Shown: piece after piece, positions 16,692 through 20,000 of the stretch
Layout: every line of letters begins with the position of its first letter
Numbering within the stretch: position 1 is the stretch's first letter
Origin: an uncultured virus (IMG/VR IMGVR_UViG_3300005669_000002)
Lineage: Duplodnaviria; Heunggongvirae; Uroviricota; Caudoviricetes
Virus record (IMG/VR): IMGVR_UViG_3300005669_000002
Location: 61,888 to 81,887 of that record
Strand: one strand, 5' to 3'
Length of the DNA stretch: 20,000 nucleotides
Translations under genes and position numbers: made by a program
Notes under the pieces: model-generated
Told to the model about the DNA's origin: nothing
Database searches by the model: none
Seen by the model: the letters and a program-made list of their open reading frames with translations, nothing else

Positions 16692-17009
16692 CTATGACAC
16701 TCGCTCCAGGATGCCAAATTCGTAGCCAATCTCCTCAATCTCATCACGACTGAGAATTTTGCCCTCTTGAGGACGGCCCTTTAGCTTAAAGACAATTGCT
16801 TTTTCGCACACAGCTTGGCTGTACACCATCCGATTGACAGGAACTTCAACCCCTAACAACTCCGTCAGAATTTCCGCTGTAGAAGCGTGACCCACCGCAC
16901 TCTGCCACTCAGATCCGGAAATCAAATCACGCACTTCTTGAAGTGTTGCCGAGTCGTAGCCGTAGCAACCGTAGTTGGTCAAAATACTTGTGTTCAAGAT
17001 CGTAATCAT
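16692..17009 (-). CDS. acrIII-1: DUF1874 / YddF-like viral ring nuclease (anti-type III CRISPR AcrIII-1 family), 105 aa
   Basis: ILNTSIL...SAVGHASTAEILTELLGVEVPVNR...AIVFKLKGRPQEGKILSRDEI matches the DUF1874 (STIV B116, B. subtilis YddF) signature, including the catalytic GH and conserved Arg. Confidence 0.88.
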   Translation of the reverse strand: MITILNTSILTNYGCYGYDSATLQEVRDLISGSEWQSAVGHASTAEILTELLGVEVPVNRMVYSQAVCEKAIVFKLKGRPQEGKILSRDEIEEIGYEFGILERVS

Positions 17010-17043
17010 TGCTTTCGCTCCTTAAATTAACTAGTCTGTGGCA

Positions 17044-17071
17044 TGGGCAGTTTTCAGTCTTGCCCAGGACT
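17044..17071 (-). ncRNA. H-type pseudoknot, copy A
   Basis: AGUC-C-UGGGCA-A-GACU-GAAAAC-UGCCCA. Confidence 0.75.
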
Positions 17072-17080
17072 TGAGTGAAC

Positions 17081-17290
17081 CTAAACTTTTACGATGAAAT
17101 ACTTCATGATGGGATCTTCATCCCAACTGTCGTCCCAGTCGGGAAGCCCCGTTGAAATTGGCCCAAACCAAAAGTCGCCTGGGTCTTTCTTGTTGTACCA
17201 GGCCACAACATAGCCTGATTGGCCCTTGTACCGATCGCGGACTTGTTCTGCGATCGCATCGTTCACATTCATATTGTTCTCCTTACCCAT
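17081..17290 (-). CDS. small acidic Trp-rich protein, 69 aa (63 aa from ATG 17272); first gene of the operon
   Basis: Two tandem AAGGAG..ATG starts at 17290 and 17272. Confidence 0.75.
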   Translation of the reverse strand: MGKENNMNVNDAIAEQVRDRYKGQSGYVVAWYNKKDPGDFWFGPISTGLPDWDDSWDEDPIMKYFIVKV

Positions 17291-17375
17291 TGTCTTGCTC
17301 CTTGTTCTCGCTACACTACTCAACCCATCCCATCCGAAGGAACTTTCTCTTCCCTGTCCCTTCTTCTATGTCTCC

Positions 17376-17404
17376 ACTATAGATTAACAATAAGGCAAAA
17401 GCAA
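17376..17404 (-). promoter_or_regulatory. sigma70-like promoter of the acrIII-1 operon
   Basis: TTGCTT-17 nt-TATAGT. Confidence 0.55.
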
Positions 17405-17749
17405 GCAAATACTTCACACCTCGTCAAAGACTTAAGACTATGCTCTTGCCATGACAGTCTCTAAACGAGTCTCAATAGTCTCAAAGTGAGAAGCACATCA
17501 ATTCAAGCCGCTTCGGATCGACAGAATGTTGACAGGGGAAGAGGATCTTGGGAATTTATCGACTGTGTTCAGATCCTCCCCTGCCAAGGATTTAAGCCGG
17601 AATTAATATGAGTCTCATAGGACTGAGGATGAGAATTGTAAAGTGCGCTTAACACTCTCGTCGAAAAACCCCGGAATCCTTGCTGCGTATAGCTTGTAAG
17701 GATTTTTCTTGTTGTCGTCTATTTCTGAAACCCTTGCTGTGAGGGGACT

Positions 17750-19200
17750 GTGAACTACCAGACACCAACCGCTTAGGCGGTATGGTGCTGGCTTCCCAAT
17801 TCATCGGCAACCGCCTCTACAGTCGTAGACTTGCGCCCAAACCGCTTTGGTCTTACATTGCCTCCAAGGGCAGTAGCGCTGGTTCCCAACGCCAATATCC
17901 GCAAGCCTTCATCTCTGATGTTCATTGCTGCATTCACGTCTCTATCATGGTGCTTCTGGCAATGAGGGCAGAGAAACGCCCGTACTGAGAGATCCATTTT
18001 CGGAATCGGCAGCAGTGTCGTATTGCAGAGATGAGACGACGGGAAGAATCGCCCAATTTCGAGGTAAATTTTACCGTCTTGCTCTGCCTTGTACTTGAGC
18101 ATGGTTTGAAACATCCCCCAACCTGCATCAGAAATTGACTTGGCTAGGTTGTGATTCTTGACCATGTTTTTTACTGCCAGATCTTCCACCACAATCACTT
18201 GGTTCTCGTTTACTATCTTGCGGGATAGCTTGTGAAGGAAGTCTTCTCTCACTCGTGAAATCTTGGAATGTACTTTCGCAAGTGCCCGTTTTGCCTTGCG
18301 GCGCTTGCTGGTCGTCTTGTCCTTTTTGCGGGATAGCTTGCGTTGCTTCCGTTTCAGGTTGCGTTCATGTTTTTTGAGATGCTTCGGGTTGTTGAACTTG
18401 GAGCCATCAGAAGTGACGGCAAAATCAATTAATCCAAGGTCAACCCCAATCGCTTTCCCTTCACTGCTAGATTCGGGCTTATCAATCCCATCATCTAGCA
18501 GAACGGAAGTATAATAGCGACCATCCGGAGTCCTAGACACGGTAACGGTCTTGATTTTGCCGAGACAATCCCGGTGGATTTTGGCTTTCACCACCCCCAG
18601 CTTGCCAGGAAATTTGATCTCAGCATTACTCAGAATTTTGACGTTCTGTGGATACTGAATAGACTGGCGACCATGCCGATTTTTGAACGTCGGGTATTGC
18701 GCCCGACCATCAAAAAAGTTGATAAACGCTTGAGACAGATTCAGTACGGATTGCTGCAAGCATTGAGAATAGCATTCTTTCAACCATTCATATTCTTGCT
18801 TCCAGACTGGGATCTGTTTCTTCATGTCGTAGGCTGACAAGCCTTTACCCGTCTCTTTATAGGTTGACGACATCACCGAAAGAGACTGATTCCAAACCCA
18901 GCGCACACACCCGAAAGCCTGGGCAAGATGGGCTTCCTGTTCATCCGTTGGGTAAATTCTGGCTTTGACTGCCTTTAACATGATTACGACCTTTATCACG
19001 CTTATGCAACTATGATAACATCTTGTTGTTGGTTTGTCCCTGATTCTGGGAAACTGGTTTACAGCGTGGGAGATTTGCTCGTTTCCTCCGTCTCCCCTTC
19101 CCGCGCCTTCGGCATAGGTCAAGGGAACGTCGTCAACTCGCTCGCATTCATCCCGACGCTCACCCGAAGCGGGTAGAGCGCGGGGCTTCTGCTGCTTCAG
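17750..19200 (-). mobile_element. second IS200/IS605-family tnpB-only element
   Basis: Left end (TTAG)CTGAAGCAGCAGAAGCCCCGCGCTCTACCCGCTTCGGGTGAGCGTCGGG hairpin; right end GAAGCCAGCACCATACCGCCTAAGCGGTTGGTGTCTGGTAGTTCAC; no tnpA; left boundary uncertain by a few nt. Confidence 0.85.
17773..18981 (-). CDS. tnpB: RNA-guided endonuclease TnpB, 402 aa
   Basis: MLKAVKARIYPT...FGCVRWVWN N-terminal HTH; RuvC GVDLGL, VVEDL, DRDVNA. Confidence 0.95.
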   Translation of the reverse strand: MLKAVKARIYPTDEQEAHLAQAFGCVRWVWNQSLSVMSSTYKETGKGLSAYDMKKQIPVWKQEYEWLKECYSQCLQQSVLNLSQAFINFFDGRAQYPTFKNRHGRQSIQYPQNVKILSNAEIKFPGKLGVVKAKIHRDCLGKIKTVTVSRTPDGRYYTSVLLDDGIDKPESSSEGKAIGVDLGLIDFAVTSDGSKFNNPKHLKKHERNLKRKQRKLSRKKDKTTSKRRKAKRALAKVHSKISRVREDFLHKLSRKIVNENQVIVVEDLAVKNMVKNHNLAKSISDAGWGMFQTMLKYKAEQDGKIYLEIGRFFPSSHLCNTTLLPIPKMDLSVRAFLCPHCQKHHDRDVNAAMNIRDEGLRILALGTSATALGGNVRPKRFGRKSTTVEAVADELGSQHHTA

Positions 19201-19243
19201 CTAAAAATGAGGCAAGGGAGAGGATATACACACTCTCTCTACA

Positions 19244-19573
19244 ATGATTGATAGAATAAAGAAGCCGCTAACGGCAATGAGTCGTGAAGGCGTGGCTTTG
19301 ACTTTTCAAATAGCAGAGTATTATTGCGTCTCTGAATCCGTAGCAAGAGACAATGTTCGTCGGCATCGAGACGAATTTGAGTTTGACGGGCTGAGACTGC
19401 TCCGTGGTAAAGCGTCAAAGGATGCGTGTGAGACAATCTCACACGGTTCTATTTCTGGCGCAGAAAAAACGTCAAATCTTACAATTTGGACTCCTCGCGC
19501 AGCATTAAGACTTGGAATGCTGCTTTTCCGGCCAGCCCCAGCCCTTGCACCTCCTCTAGATGCCATGCTCTAG
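19244..19573 (+). pseudogene. probably C-terminally truncated phage antirepressor-like (ORF6N-like) DNA-binding domain
   Basis: IAEYYxV..VRRHRDEFExDG..LRGK..LTIWTPRAALRLGMLL matches a family that, as I recall, continues RDSxVAKxVR; here it turns into a Pro-rich tail. Confidence 0.55.
19321..19566 (-). pseudogene. regulator N-terminus (RGGARAGAGRK, AT-hook-like) fused to antisense read-through
   Basis: Start overlaps the upstream gene's end; after residue 14 the sequence is the antisense of the convergent gene. Confidence 0.5.
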
Positions 19574-19924
19574 CGGAGAGACTAGAGATTTATTGATCTC
19601 GTCAATTAACCGCTCCACCCATTCAGCGATTATACTGTTCCACTCCTCATCCCAATTGGAGAGTGAGTCGAACGCTTCCTTCCAATGCGAAAAGGAATCA
19701 CCACACTGAACGCCATCAGCGAAGAAAGCCCAGCCATCCAGTTCACCACACTGAACGCCATCAGCGAAGAAAGCCCAGCCATCCAGTAACCTACCATTCT
19801 CGAAAATGCACTGCCCCAAGCGGGCAGGCGAATCGGCGTGAAACTTCCCATCGATTAACTTAGCCCAAATGCCCCAAGAGGCATCGTATTGAATGGAGCG
19901 GACTAAATCTTTTAATGTAGCCAT
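19556..19924 (-). CDS. acidic Trp-rich hypothetical protein with an internal 15-aa duplication, 122 aa
   Basis: AAGGAG 8 nt before ATG 19924. Confidence 0.75.
   Translation of the reverse strand: MATLKDLVRSIQYDASWGIWAKLIDGKFHADSPARLGQCIFENGRLLDGWAFFADGVQCGELDGWAFFADGVQCGDSFSHWKEAFDSLSNWDEEWNSIIAEWVERLIDEINKSLVSPLEHGI
19698..19787. repeat. perfect 45-bp tandem duplication
   Basis: TCACCACACTGAACGCCATCAGCGAAGAAAGCCCAGCCATCCAGT twice. Confidence 0.95.
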
Positions 19925-19958
19925 CGTCTTCACTCCTTGCCTTGTTCTCTACAATTCA

Positions 19959-19990
19959 AGTATTACACACTCTTCTGAAATATGCAATAC
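19959..19990 (-). promoter_or_regulatory. sigma70-like promoter with inverted repeat
   Basis: TTGCAT-17 nt-AATACT with TGn extension; GTATTACA (19960-67) and TGCAATAC (19983-90) are a 7/8 inverted repeat over the -10 and -35. Confidence 0.5.
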
Positions 19991-20000
19991 ATTTATCAAG

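Noticed and set aside
15080..17071. Pseudoknot repeats as a CRISPR array
   Set aside because: Copies are about 385-1100 bp apart and separated by whole genes; there is no repeat-spacer periodicity and no cas gene.
1..20000. Genome-wide TAG recoding
   Set aside because: Many genes end in TAG, but long ORFs, including the Gln-rich 873-aa one, have no internal TAG, and AcrIII-1 ends at its expected length.

Overview
This window looks like an early/accessory region of a cyanobacterial phage, prophage or phage-plasmid. It has five HIP1 octamers (GCGATCGC at 1696, 4407, 15008, 15794, 17250), cyanobacterial-type IS200/IS605 ends, and dense, mostly minus-strand small ORFs behind sigma70-like promoters. 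Recognisable parts are two non-autonomous tnpB-only IS200/IS605 elements, a DUF1874/AcrIII-1-like ring nuclease, a permuted DHH-like phosphoesterase, an HNH-like protein with a C-terminal membrane helix, antirepressor-like genes, an atypical tRNA(CAT) and an 873-aa Cys-free protein. The most notable structure is a minus-strand candidate anti-defence operon (about 17.4 to 13.3 kb). Four of its gene junctions each carry a compact H-type RNA pseudoknot with full compensatory covariation, placed 5-9 nt after a UAG stop and upstream of a conserved AAGGAG(C)-N-GCAATG start cassette. Other signals are an over-represented GRCAGGG motif often in inverted pairs, acr-aca-like two-gene modules with operator palindromes, a likely antisense RNA against the antirepressor leader, and a 23-bp-periodic array. 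All protein family calls come from motif recognition by eye, not database searches.
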